Below, piece after piece: positions 53,274-64,000 of a stretch of DNA of 64,000 bases. The position numbers and the translations under genes were made by a program. The DNA is taken from the NCBI RefSeq assembly GCF_002105155.1, contig NW_019028999.1:434001-498000 (forward strand), written 5' to 3'. Position 1 is the first letter of the stretch; every line of letters begins with the position of its first letter. The notes under the pieces were generated by a model. It saw only the letters and a program-made list of their open reading frames with translations, was not told the origin of the DNA and did no database searches. This stretch comes from Lobosporangium transversale. Lineage: Eukaryota.

Positions 53274-56200
53274 CTAAATAAATGGTAGATATGCTCGACA
53301 ATGAGGGCACTCAAGTTTTATCCGCATCCACTATGTGCCATAAAGATAATATAGTGAGTAGATATTAAACATTAGCTATCGTATTTTTCAACAGTTCCCT
53401 TTGATGATTCGAGCATCCTTATAGTCATTATTACAAGACTTACTCTTTCTAAGCATTCAGTGTGAAATAGATGACCACAAGGTGTGAGCATATAGTTCAG
53501 TCGACCAAGACTGCCGACCACACTCGAAAGTCTCGCAGGGCCTTGTGGAGCCGTATCGATAGGGAGCAGGCAAATCGCACAATCGTGCTGTGGAGCCCGT
53601 GATCCGTGTCCTGTATTTCCAGATTCTTCATCTGTAGTAGGTAAGATAGGATGGTAATCATAGACCGGAGGCAAGTACTAGATTCGCAAAAAAAAAAAAA
53701 AAAAAAAATTAAAATCAGACCCACGCAATTTGATACAAATGATGGCAAGTCAGTGTACCTGGGGTTGTTTTTTCTTTTACCTTCTTAGGCACAAAGAACC
53801 GTGGCCCAAGCCAGTCTTGTAACAATAGGACACAAACTTGGAGAGCAACCCACAACACAAGTCCCCAGATCCACAAAGTTGGCTCATGCCCCATCAGATT
53901 ATTAGGGCATGCGTAAAAATAAATAGGCAGAACTAGCCTTGTGATACTCATTCCAAGCACGAACCGCAGGTCAAGTCCTCGTTTTGATCCTCGTGTCACG
54001 TTCCTGACGATTTGAGGGATCCAAAATGAGAAAAGACATAATGCACAAACTGAAATCATCAGATTTTGAACCCTTTCCGAGCTCACTGCGATCTTATAAA
54101 GTGTAACCAAACTGATAATAAGCATCCAATCTATTGTGTTTTCGAGCATAAGAACAATGTTAGGTAGTGGTCTCCCTACAAAAATAAAGAATTTTTTTTT
54201 AAAAAAAAAGTATTTCAAGTCAAGAACCGTACAAAATCGTCCATAGAGCGCCTGCATATCTGCTCTCGGATTATCAGAGTCGTCCGTTACTGTTGGCCGA
54301 GCCGCTGTAACTGGAAGTGGCAGGCCGCCAGGCATAGTATCTGTGGGTCGGATGTTCTCTGCAGTGCCGGCTCCGTTTCCAGAGTCACCATTGCTATTAC
54401 TACTGTTACTGTCAGAAGCCGGTGTGGCTGCCGGTGCCGCTGCTGCTGCTGCCTGATTGCGTCTGCCACGTCGCTCTGGCCTCTGTATCCGCCAGATGAC
54501 CAGCATGTAGCGCATGCCGAAGATAGCAACCAGAACAAAAGAAAAGAACGAAGCAGCGACAAAAGGGATGAAAAGAAAGTCTAAAGCATGGATGGCGCAA
54601 AGATATAGTTTTAGATACTACTATTTACGTAGAATATCAGGCATATCTATGGAATTCAATTAATTCTTACCAACTAAAACCCCGGTTGTTAAATGGAGCA
54701 TGCATAAGTACGAATCGATAAAAACTTGGATTGCAATTGTCCAATACGATACTTTAGAAACACTCTATGTAAACAAAATGCACAAATATTAATAAGTGCT
54801 TATAGGACATTAAAATACCTGGTCGACATGCCTTTAGAATCTCAATCAAACATAACATACAGACGGCGTAGGTGTATATTCCATTTGGCGAACAAGGAGA
54901 AAAACTTGAATAAAGGCAAGCTAAAGGAGATTAAACATTATAATGGTCTCAGCTTGCAGTTTTTTTTTTTTTTTTTCTTAAAAAGTACAGCTTGTGCAAT
55001 GTTGCAGTCTCCTGAAAAACTAGTGATACTCACAGTTCCTGCCATCCCCGCATAATTGACAGCCTTGGCATAGAATTTTTCTCGCTTCATTCCGTCTGCT
55101 TTTTCCACACTCAGCGTCAAGCGGCAGTTAGGCGAGTATAGGAATAATGTCGAGTTGAGCGGTGGAGGCTTAATTGTTGATATACCCTGCGGCGACGCCC
55201 ATTCTGTTTCATAAAGTATTCAATAAACGGTATTTAGCACTAGGCGTTAGTAAGATCGCAAATTAAAGAGGCTTAATCGCTATGTCTCTCGGATAACGCA
55301 CCTCGTTCAAGCTCCTTAACTGCCGTGGATCGAACACTCGAGTCAATGGCACCAAGTTGCATGTACATTTGATAGTGGCAGCTAGAAGATTCAGATAGTG
55401 TTGTCTCTGGATACTCTAAAGTGTCGATCCCATCCATCACATCTTGTATTGTTTTGATCCGCTTTTGATATTGCTCCTTGACTGCCGCCAGAGCAAGCGT
55501 AAAGGATACATTGTTGGGCATTAGATCCAATACTCGCCAAAGAGGCATCCGACTCCTATTAGACACAAAAGGATAAAACAACATTGTGAGCATGCTTGTT
55601 ATCGAATACAAGCCAAAGTAGAGCAGTTCAAGGTGAAGCTTAAACCCTTTCCGGGTTGTGTCCTACTCTTCAGGAATCCCCCACATATAAAAGGACCCAT
55701 TATGAACAAAATGAACACCCTGGACATTCAGCGCTATACCATAGTCCTCATTATCTTCATGCCTCAGTCTCCAGCTTCCCTAATCACCCAGCAGCAAGAG
55801 AAAGAAAAAATGCTCAGTATCAGAATGTCAAGTTTTCTTCTTTGTATCGCAATTCGTTTATAATAAAAAATAAAAAAAATAAAAAAAAAAAAAAAGAGGC
55901 CCCTCGCTACCTTGACCCAATTCACATGTTCCGTAGCCTTCGTCTCTCTGATATTGAACGTAAAGGATCCAGATTCATTGAATTGAAAGGAGCCTTTGAA
56001 TTTATCCAGGTCCTCCAAGTACTTGGGTTTCTTATCTTCTATGGTGTCTATTGATTTATCATCTTCTGCTGAGCCTTCTTCAATTGTACTGTTCGTTGAG
56101 CCTTCCTTAGGATCTATTGGCGTGGTTCTACCATCTGTCCCGCTCTCCTCTTTATTGGGCCCTGTTATGCTATCATTATTCTTGTCATTGACTTCCGAGA

Positions 56201-56655
56201 CTGTCCCATTCGTTTTAGAATCCTCCTTGGCCGGAGGAGCATTTGGCAAAGGAAACTCTTGATTAATTTTTGCAGCAATCTCTTCATCAAAAACCCAATC
56301 GCCTTTAAACGACCCTGTGAGGTTATGGTAAAAATGTGCTCCCCAACTTCCTGCTGGTTTGAACAACTTGGTAAGCTCTATTGACACAGCTTCTGGAAGT
56401 GGCTATTGCAATAGTACGTGTACGTGAACAGATAGGACTCGTCAGCATTATGCATACATATCTCAACTGACCAATTGACATTAAAGTCTGCTTTGTCCAT
56501 ACATAAGAAACATTGACCCCAAAAGTACGGTTCCCACAGACAGCGGCTTCTTCATTCAGCTCTCTGAGTGCTTTCTGTAAATGCTCTGTACGAGGACCTT
56601 CGTCTCCACTGAGTAGCCAGAGGAGGATGAGCAATGCGATAACTCCACCTCTCAT
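53274..56655 (-). CDS. TUL1: Transmembrane RING-H2 E3 ubiquitin ligase (Tul1/Dsc1)
   Basis: Signal peptide, luminal FYHNLTGSFKGDW, YSPNC, SFWIPQIVRN, LLLQDWLGPRFFVP and YDYHP. RING: DCAICLLPI..YMLTPCGHLFHTECLER|WMRIKLECPHCRAYLP. Confidence 0.93.
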
Positions 56656-57662
56656 GTCTGAAACCCCGCTGAAGCACGATTGTTTACTATTAATGTCCTC
56701 ACTGCAAGAATCCTCAAAATTCTGATGTCTCGTAAATCGTAAATGTAAGAAAGTGTAATGTCCACTGGGTTTGTGTGCAAAAAGTTGTAGTCGGAAGTTG
56801 AAGAGTGAGAGTGAGAGTGAGAGTGCCCCAGCCAATGGACAGGTGACTGCGACGTGTATTGAGCCAATAGCTTTCACGTAATACTCCACCAAAAGAAATT
56901 GCCTGCCTCAAGTATTAACCATTTAGGCTTGATCCAGTCTTGTAACTATTAGGCTACGAACCAACTAACATTGCCAAAGGGCACAATGGTATTCCCAATC
57001 ACGAATACACTTTTCACGGTCAGTATCCCTGACCTTCATTTATTAACAAGATGGAGGCATCCCAATGAAAACTATGGTGATACAGGTGTTTTGTAAACCC
57101 CATTCGCATAGATATCACACGAAATAAGGAAACAATGAGAGGCATGAGATGCAATGCCATGTATTAATCAATTGACTTGTTTTGGAGTATGCTTTCGATC
57201 CGATCTATCTAAATAGTCATTAATTAGCTGGAAAAAATATTTACAGACACAAATGGGTCATAGATGCATTGACTAAAAATGGTCAAGACTTGCTATTTTT
57301 CTATTCCTCTAACACCTCCCACTGCGTAAATAAACCAAACCTACCCTAGGATTCCATAGAGAGGATGGAGTCATATTGCTCAGTTGGGCGTAAGCTCCAA
57401 TAAGATATAGCGAGGCAATGGCCTACTCATCGGATCCAAGGATCCAACATTAGTAACATTGACACTTGAAGCCAATTTCATATTTAAGCACTGATTTGCC
57501 TCCTTTGCCCTTTCTTTCTCGGAAACGAGTCTTGATTGTACATCCATTTCAGAACCCCTTCATTTTTACTTCCCAACAATATGCCTTTCGGTATGGCGAT
57601 CACACATTCTACATTGTACTGCAAGCATACAAGCAATACTTTATTTCTCACACCTCCTAACT

Positions 57663-58637
57663 ATGGCCTGTCCCTTCCCTATCATCGTATCAACTATAGA
57701 ACGCAAGACCACACAGCCAGAAAACCCATTCACAAAGTTGGTTCCTGATCAAACAATCGCTATCGTGCCAGAATTCACTTTCGAGTCTGGTCACACAATC
57801 CGCGAGGTACCAGTTGCCTACAAGACTTGGGGCGTCCTTAACGAAGCAGGTGATAATTGCATGCTCATCTGTCATCCACTGACTCGTAGTGTGGATGTTG
57901 AAGACTGGTAATGTTGAACCTTTTCTTTTTTTAAATACAAATATATTATAAGATAAAAATTATTGGATGTGGTGTTATACAAGTTGTTGATACATGATTA
58001 AATTGCAATTTAGGTGGATCGATCTCATGGGATCATGCACCCTGGATACACCAGGGAAAGTTATTGACGAGACAAAGTTCTTCGTCATCTGTCTCAACGT
58101 GATGGGCTCACCTTATGGCTCGGCCTCCCCTCTTACAAATAATCCTGATTCCAGCCGTCGCTATGGCCCGGAGTTCCCCCTAGCTACAATTCGGGATGAC
58201 TGCAAGTATGCAATACTCTCTCCTTCTCGCTTCTTCTGCACCGAATTCACCTTTTGGTATCACCAACGTTTTTTTTTTTTTTTTTTCATTTTTGTTCCCT
58301 TATAAAAAAGACTTCATAAAATGATTTTAGATGACCTTGGTGTCAAATCTGTCGCAATTTGCATCGGAGGCTCGATGGCTGGGATGCATGTTTTTGAATG
58401 GGCCTTCTATGGCCCCGATTACATTAAGCTACTCGTTCCCATCTCAGCCCCTGCTAAAACATCAGCATGGAGTATGGGTTGGACAGAAGCTCAGAGGCAA
58501 TCTATCTTTGCCGATCCAAAGTATCTTGACGGCTACTATTCGCTAGATGCTGTAAGGAGAATTTGCAAGGGAAAGAAATGCCTGTGGTATTTTTGATAAT
58601 AACGTACTCTGTGCATTGATTTTTTTTTTTTTTTTTT

Positions 58638-58672
<35 letters not shown>

Positions 58673-59543
58673 CAACCACTTCATGGCATGATTGCGGCTC
58701 GAATGATAGCAATGCTGACTTATCGAACAAGAGCTTCGTATGAGCACCGATTCGGCCGATCCCTAATGGACTCACCCAGCTCCTCACAATTGAAAACGCC
58801 TAGTCTTCATCCCGCGCACATGTACCGTATAGATCACAACGCCGGACATCGCCAGATGAAGGCATATGTACCAGGCCTTTCCGATTCTGTCACAGTTGCC
58901 TGTTCAAATAAGCTACCAGTATCTGACAATAGCCTTCAGCTTATTGAAGATAAAGGAAGTCTTGCGCACCCTGCTGCTGATGCTGCGAATGTCGAGTCCC
59001 ATAACTATCAACCGCCATTGTATTCTACGCACAGCTATCTACGATATCAGGCTGACAAATTTATTCAGCGCTTTGATGCTAACTGCTACATCGCTCTCAG
59101 TCGCAAAATGGACGCCCATGATATCTCTATCGGGCGTGGAGACTATGAAGATGTTGTTCAAAAAATCCAGCAGCCTACTCTTGTACTAGGCAAGTTGATA
59201 GGGAGCTTAAGCGCTTGGTTGAAATTAATAGTTCAAACAGCCAGCTGATCTATTTTTTTTTTTTTTTTTTTTTTTTTTTTCATCGGTGATAGGAATTGAA
59301 TCCGATGTACTTTTTCCTTTTTACGAGATTGAAGCTCTAAGCACACTTTTACCAAATAGTGAGTTGATCCGAGTCAGATCAGAGGAAGGCCATGACGGCC
59401 TTTTGCTTGAACATAAGCAAGTAAATGCTTCTATTGTCACGTTCATGCAAAAGCATGAGCATATACGTAAAATCCTTCGTCAGAAGCCCGCACCCATTCC
59501 AGAACGTAAGGGACCGCGTGGAAGCATATTCGCCAGTTGGTGA
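57663..59543 (+). CDS. MET2: Homoserine O-acetyltransferase family protein
   Basis: Five exons. Motifs FTFESG..VAYKTWG.LN, NVMGSPYGS, YGPEFP..TIRD, GGSMAGM (Ser), SYLRYQADKF..RFDANCY, SDVLF (Asp) and GHDG (His). Confidence 0.9.
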
Positions 59544-59816
59544 AGCCTCATCTTTACTTCACATCTTAACATGGAACTAGACGGATTACCTATGGCTCCG
59601 ATCATAGTTATTTAACTCAACAGTTGAGGGCACAGGGTATTGATTGCTTTAATAAAATAAAATAAAATTAAGTTTTTCATCGTACTTCAGTTGAATTTCA
59701 AACAAATCATTAAACACAGGAAGAACCATTGCTTTGATCAGTTTTTTTTTTGATGTGGTTCCCTTCTGCTCCGTAAATGGAAAATTTTACCTTCATTTTG
59801 AGTGGCGAAACATGCG

Positions 59817-59851
<35 letters not shown>

Positions 59852-62194
59852 CAGGCTACGATACAAGATTAACCAGTGCTGCAGGATATCCCATGTCTAT
59901 CATCGTCAGAGCGTGCGCAAAAACCAAAGAGAATCTTCCATAGCCTCCTCTTTCGTTCGAATGCAGATTTTCACAATATTTGAAATTTATGATCCTGATG
60001 CCTTGGTTATTATTATATTCAACTCATGGGGGCTTTCCAAAATACTAAAGAGAGCTTTTACCACTACTGTTCTACCAATCTATGAGCATATCTACTGACT
60101 CGACGGACACTAGTTTATCAACCGCGTTATGTTCCCAAGAACTTGCAAAGATAAATACTTCATTTCTTTATATTCCACTCTCCTTGTCCCCCCCTCGTAT
60201 TTTTTCAATATGGTCTTTCATCGTCTACATCCATAATTCCTATATTGCACATAGCCTTTTCACCACTCACTCCAGTATATCGCCATGAGTATGAACGTAA
60301 GATATCAAGCATTAAATGGCTTCAACGGATCCAGCGAGTTCGAACACAGAGTCTGCTAAACGTGCTTGGTGGGTGCATTGTGAGGTATAGATCAAAAGCT
60401 GTCATTCAGGATACCAAGCCACACATTAGTCCACAACCATGCTTACCGTTCTGTTTGACAATTGAATAATCGACAGTCTTGAGCCAATGGCGGATACGAT
60501 TCATTGCGAGGCCCTATCGGCAATTGGAAGCCGAAGTTGCCAAAGCGAGAAGGCTAAGGGTGCGTCTGCGGAACAGCAGCTCATTGAAGCTAAGGACGAC
60601 CTTGTCGGCCACAAAAACTTCCCAAAAAAACGTTTAATCATGCCGTTCGATTCATTCCTTCCCCTAGTGTCCATATGACAGCATTAAAGCGCAGTTAGAG
60701 GCTTCGCAGGATAAAGAAGACAGAGGGGTGAGCCGACGGTATCCAATATGGACGTGACCTGGGATAAAGAGGAAAGGGAACCGGGAGCGGAATCGAGGAA
60801 GAGAAGGAGAGTAGAGAGGGCAATGAAGACGGAAAGCAAAGGCAAAGGGCGAAGGCGAAGCGAAGACGGAGGTAAGGTGGTGGCGGTGATGGTGCCCACT
60901 TGTGTTTGCTCTAAAGAGATAGGACTCCCTGATAAATTGTCATTTCTCCATCACCACCACCGCAGCCATCGCACAAGACTTTACCACGCATGAATTGTTT
61001 TAAGGCGTCTGTACATGTTCGATGCTCCTTATGCGAAGCTCCTTATGCGAACCACCACAGCCAACACTGCTGAGTAAGTGATCTCTGTGTAGACACAGAA
61101 GGCCCTCTTTATTGTAAGTAACGATACTATGATGATTGAGTTGAAGGCCTCTAAAGAGAGAAGAGATGGTCATGTTTGCACATCTGCACTCGTTATGTTC
61201 ATCGCTTTATGACAACCAGATCAGGTACAGGCCGCCAGAGGAGTCTTTTTTTTATCAGTGGCCTCTTGTCTCCCAACTACTCTCAGTTCTGACTGATAAC
61301 AAAGCAATTTACTTAGGCTAGCTATTCTCTGTCATTTTTAGAGCATTTAAGATCCACAGTAAGGCAACTTCCATTATGCGAAGACTTTCGTCGGCTATTG
61401 ATGAGTCCTCCTCTCGCGGCCTCACTAACAACCACCACAATTGGTTCTATAGATAAATAATGTGGAAAGTAAAGAATTCGATAAACATCAGTCTTCAGTC
61501 CACAGTTCTCGAATCGACCTATATTCTCTTCTTCATACCAGTTTCTTGTGGCGCCGTTCGTCGTTAAGGTTATTTGTCTCTAATACGGAAGACTTGTCTT
61601 CTGTTCTATTAGATGCGGTAAACCAGGGCTTGCCAGATTGTATAGGGAAAGATCAAGGGTGCGCTAGATTTGTCAACCTGGATTGTTCCTCTTCCCAATG
61701 TGGGTACACTTTCGGACTTCGAGATACCTATGGAGCTGCTCTAATAGCAATAGTGAATGGACTGATATTATTCAGCAACCAATGGCAGATACTATCCCCT
61801 TCTTCCATCAATTGGATCCGTCTTAAGTCGCTACTATGACAATGGCTACGAGTGCTATCACTTCTATCCACATCAGCCATTAGGCACTGAAACAAGATTC
61901 AGACCCTCAACATCAATGAGCTCCCAAGTGGCAGCTAGGATTATGGGCAAATCATCGTCTCTCTACAGTGGTAAAGGAGAAGGGTTTTTTTGAACGTAGA
62001 CCAAAACATAACAAAGAGCCCCATTCTTGAATCCATTTATTTCTCTATTAGAGCCGTTTATATATTTAATAGGCAGGTTGGAGACTCTGAATGATCAAGC
62101 CACTATTTTTTTGCACTTCACCTTCGTAACAGCCATGTTTTTTGCATCTTTTAATACAATGGATGTAAAATATAGCTGGAAGATAGGTTTTTTT

Positions 62195-64000
62195 TTAAGC
62201 AGAGCGGAATAGCTTGCGGAACTTGGCCGGACCGTCCCAAGTTCCTTTGACCATTGACTTCCAGTAAATCTCTGGGAGAACCTTTACATGTTAAAAAAAA
62301 AAAAAAAAAAAAAGAGTTTGGTCATCTCAATTTCTATAATTTAAGGCCAATATTGCAGCTTTGAATTAAAATGCCATGAGTCCCCTACCTCTTTAGTCAA
62401 CAAATAAGTGGAGAAGCGTTCCTTCGATTGATCAAAAGGGAATGTTTCCTGAGGCTGACCAGTGTAGCCGCTAAATTCTGCTAAAATCAGCTTGTCAGAT
62501 CCGGTGATGAGCTAACATGGAAAACGGTTGAAGAGATCATATATCAGCATGTTAATATAAATTTGTTATATAGTCGTAACAGAATATCAAATAATACCAG
62601 CTTGGCTTCTACACATTCCAAGTGATTTTCTAGCACATACCGGACAGCTAGTGTATCCATCGTATTTTGCAATCTGTTTGTCTCCGAAAATATCGCCTAG
62701 CAAGTTATTCTTCAACACAGCGCTCTGCGCAGTAATGGCGGCAGCGGTTTTTGAAGTAGGAAGGCTTGAGCAATCGCCCAATGCATAGATGTTTGCGAAC
62801 TTGTTGTGGCGAAGAGTCTCCTTATCAACATCCACCCATCCATCTGCGTTTGCCAATAAAGAACTTTTGATGAAATCGGGTGCGCCCATAGGAGGCGTAA
62901 CATGCAAAAAATCGTAAGGCAAGGTCAACTTGGTACCCTTAGCTTCGCCACCTAGCACATTAAACACTGCCTCCTTGGACTCGGGGTTGATTTCGGTGAG
63001 ATCCGTGAAATAGTTGACATTCAAATCGCGAGCTTTACAGATTTTGAGCAGCTCGTTAGCATATTTATCTATCGCAAAGATTTTCCCTAGCCCTGTGAAA
63101 TATTTGATATCAGTCTTGGAGCGAATACCAGCTTTGCGCCATTGTTCTTCAGCCAAATACATGATCTTTTGGGGTGCTCCTGCGCACTTGATTGGAGTCG
63201 AGGGCATTGTAAAGAGCGCATTGCCGCCTCTAAAGGTCTTGATGAATTCATCTGTCTTCACTACAGAATCGGCGGAGTAGTTGGAGGTTACACCGTCCTT
63301 TCCGAGAGCCTGAGACAGGTTCTTAATCTTTCCCCAATTCATTTGAATCTAATTGATTAAGGAAGGGAATTCAAGTTTCATTTACTCGGCAATAGTTAGT
63401 CAAACCCAAACTATATCCGTCTAATGCCTGTGCTGTCCATAAAAACCCAGTAAATGCAATAAGATAGCGCACTTACTCCAGCAGCAACGACAAGGTAGTC
63501 GTACGAAATCTAACAAAGATTTACAGGCCAACATAAAACATTAAAATGGCGGCATCATGATTTTTTTTCTTTTCTTTCACTGTCCGATCCAAAATTGGTG
63601 GTGTCTACTCATTTGCTCATCCCTGATCTTTCCGTGATAATACTCGTTACTCCATATAACTCAATAACATATACTCTATGTTGCTTCATTTTTTCTTCTT
63701 CATGCAAAAAAAATAAAATAAAATAAAAAAACAAAATAAAGGCCATTACCGATTCCCCGTTTGAAAGCTTGACAATATTCTTGTTAGGCTCAAATGAGGC
63801 AACTGAATCCTTAATCCATTGAGCCTTCTCTGGCATGACTTCACTCATTGCCATCCTGGACTCATCAAACGTCTTGAGTCCAGCGCCAACAAACGTCCAC
63901 AAAGGTTGATACTGCGCAGACAATTTTTTTTCCACAGACATGCAAAAGAAACATTAGTTTTTTTTTTCTTTTTTTTGGAAAATAAAATTAAGATCTTCGG
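62195..64000 (-). CDS. SQOR: Sulfide:quinone oxidoreductase (Hmt2/SQOR); 5' end outside the window
   Basis: Motifs YQPLWTFVGAG, IKCAGAPQKIMYL, LHVTPPM, GWVDVDKETLRH, ALGDCSSLPTSKTAAA and YDGYTSCP. Last exon IYWKSMVKGTWDGP..* ends at 62195. Confidence 0.95.

Noticed and set aside
30977..56655. ERG9 and TUL1/Dsc1 (SREBP pathway) as a sterol gene cluster
   Set aside because: They are 20 kb apart with unrelated genes between them.

Overview
AT-rich, intron-rich eukaryotic DNA with long A/T homopolymer runs. Gene content and intron style suggest an early-diverging fungus, probably Mucoromycota/Mortierellaceae (inference). About 16 host genes can be read by manual splicing: an FHA-forkhead factor, a PKA regulatory subunit, an RGS protein, complex I subunit NDUFA11, PKC1, a KICSTOR C12orf66-like gene, a YABBY-like HMG protein, squalene synthase, an MMS1/DDB1/RSE1-type propeller protein, PTC7, an alpha-arrestin, a 4-TM protein, a GT71 mannosyltransferase homologue, the TUL1/Dsc1 E3 ligase, MET2 and a partial sulfide:quinone oxidoreductase. 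The standout is an accessory locus at about 5.6-9.1 kb (+). It is a spliced, partly decayed gene of roughly 1,050-1,100 codons. An N-terminal XPG/FEN1-type (PIN-fold) nuclease lies in line with a C-terminal Fanzor1/TnpB-like RuvC + zinc-finger nuclease whose D-E-D triad is intact. The gene ends in an NLS-like motif and is followed by a hairpin-containing candidate omega-RNA region. Its last catalytic exon is absent from the ORF track. Other items: a predicted catalytically dead GT71, a MITE-like foldback, a Crinkler-type nuclease relic and three GC-AG introns. All exon boundaries were read by eye, and family assignments come from motif recognition, not database searches.
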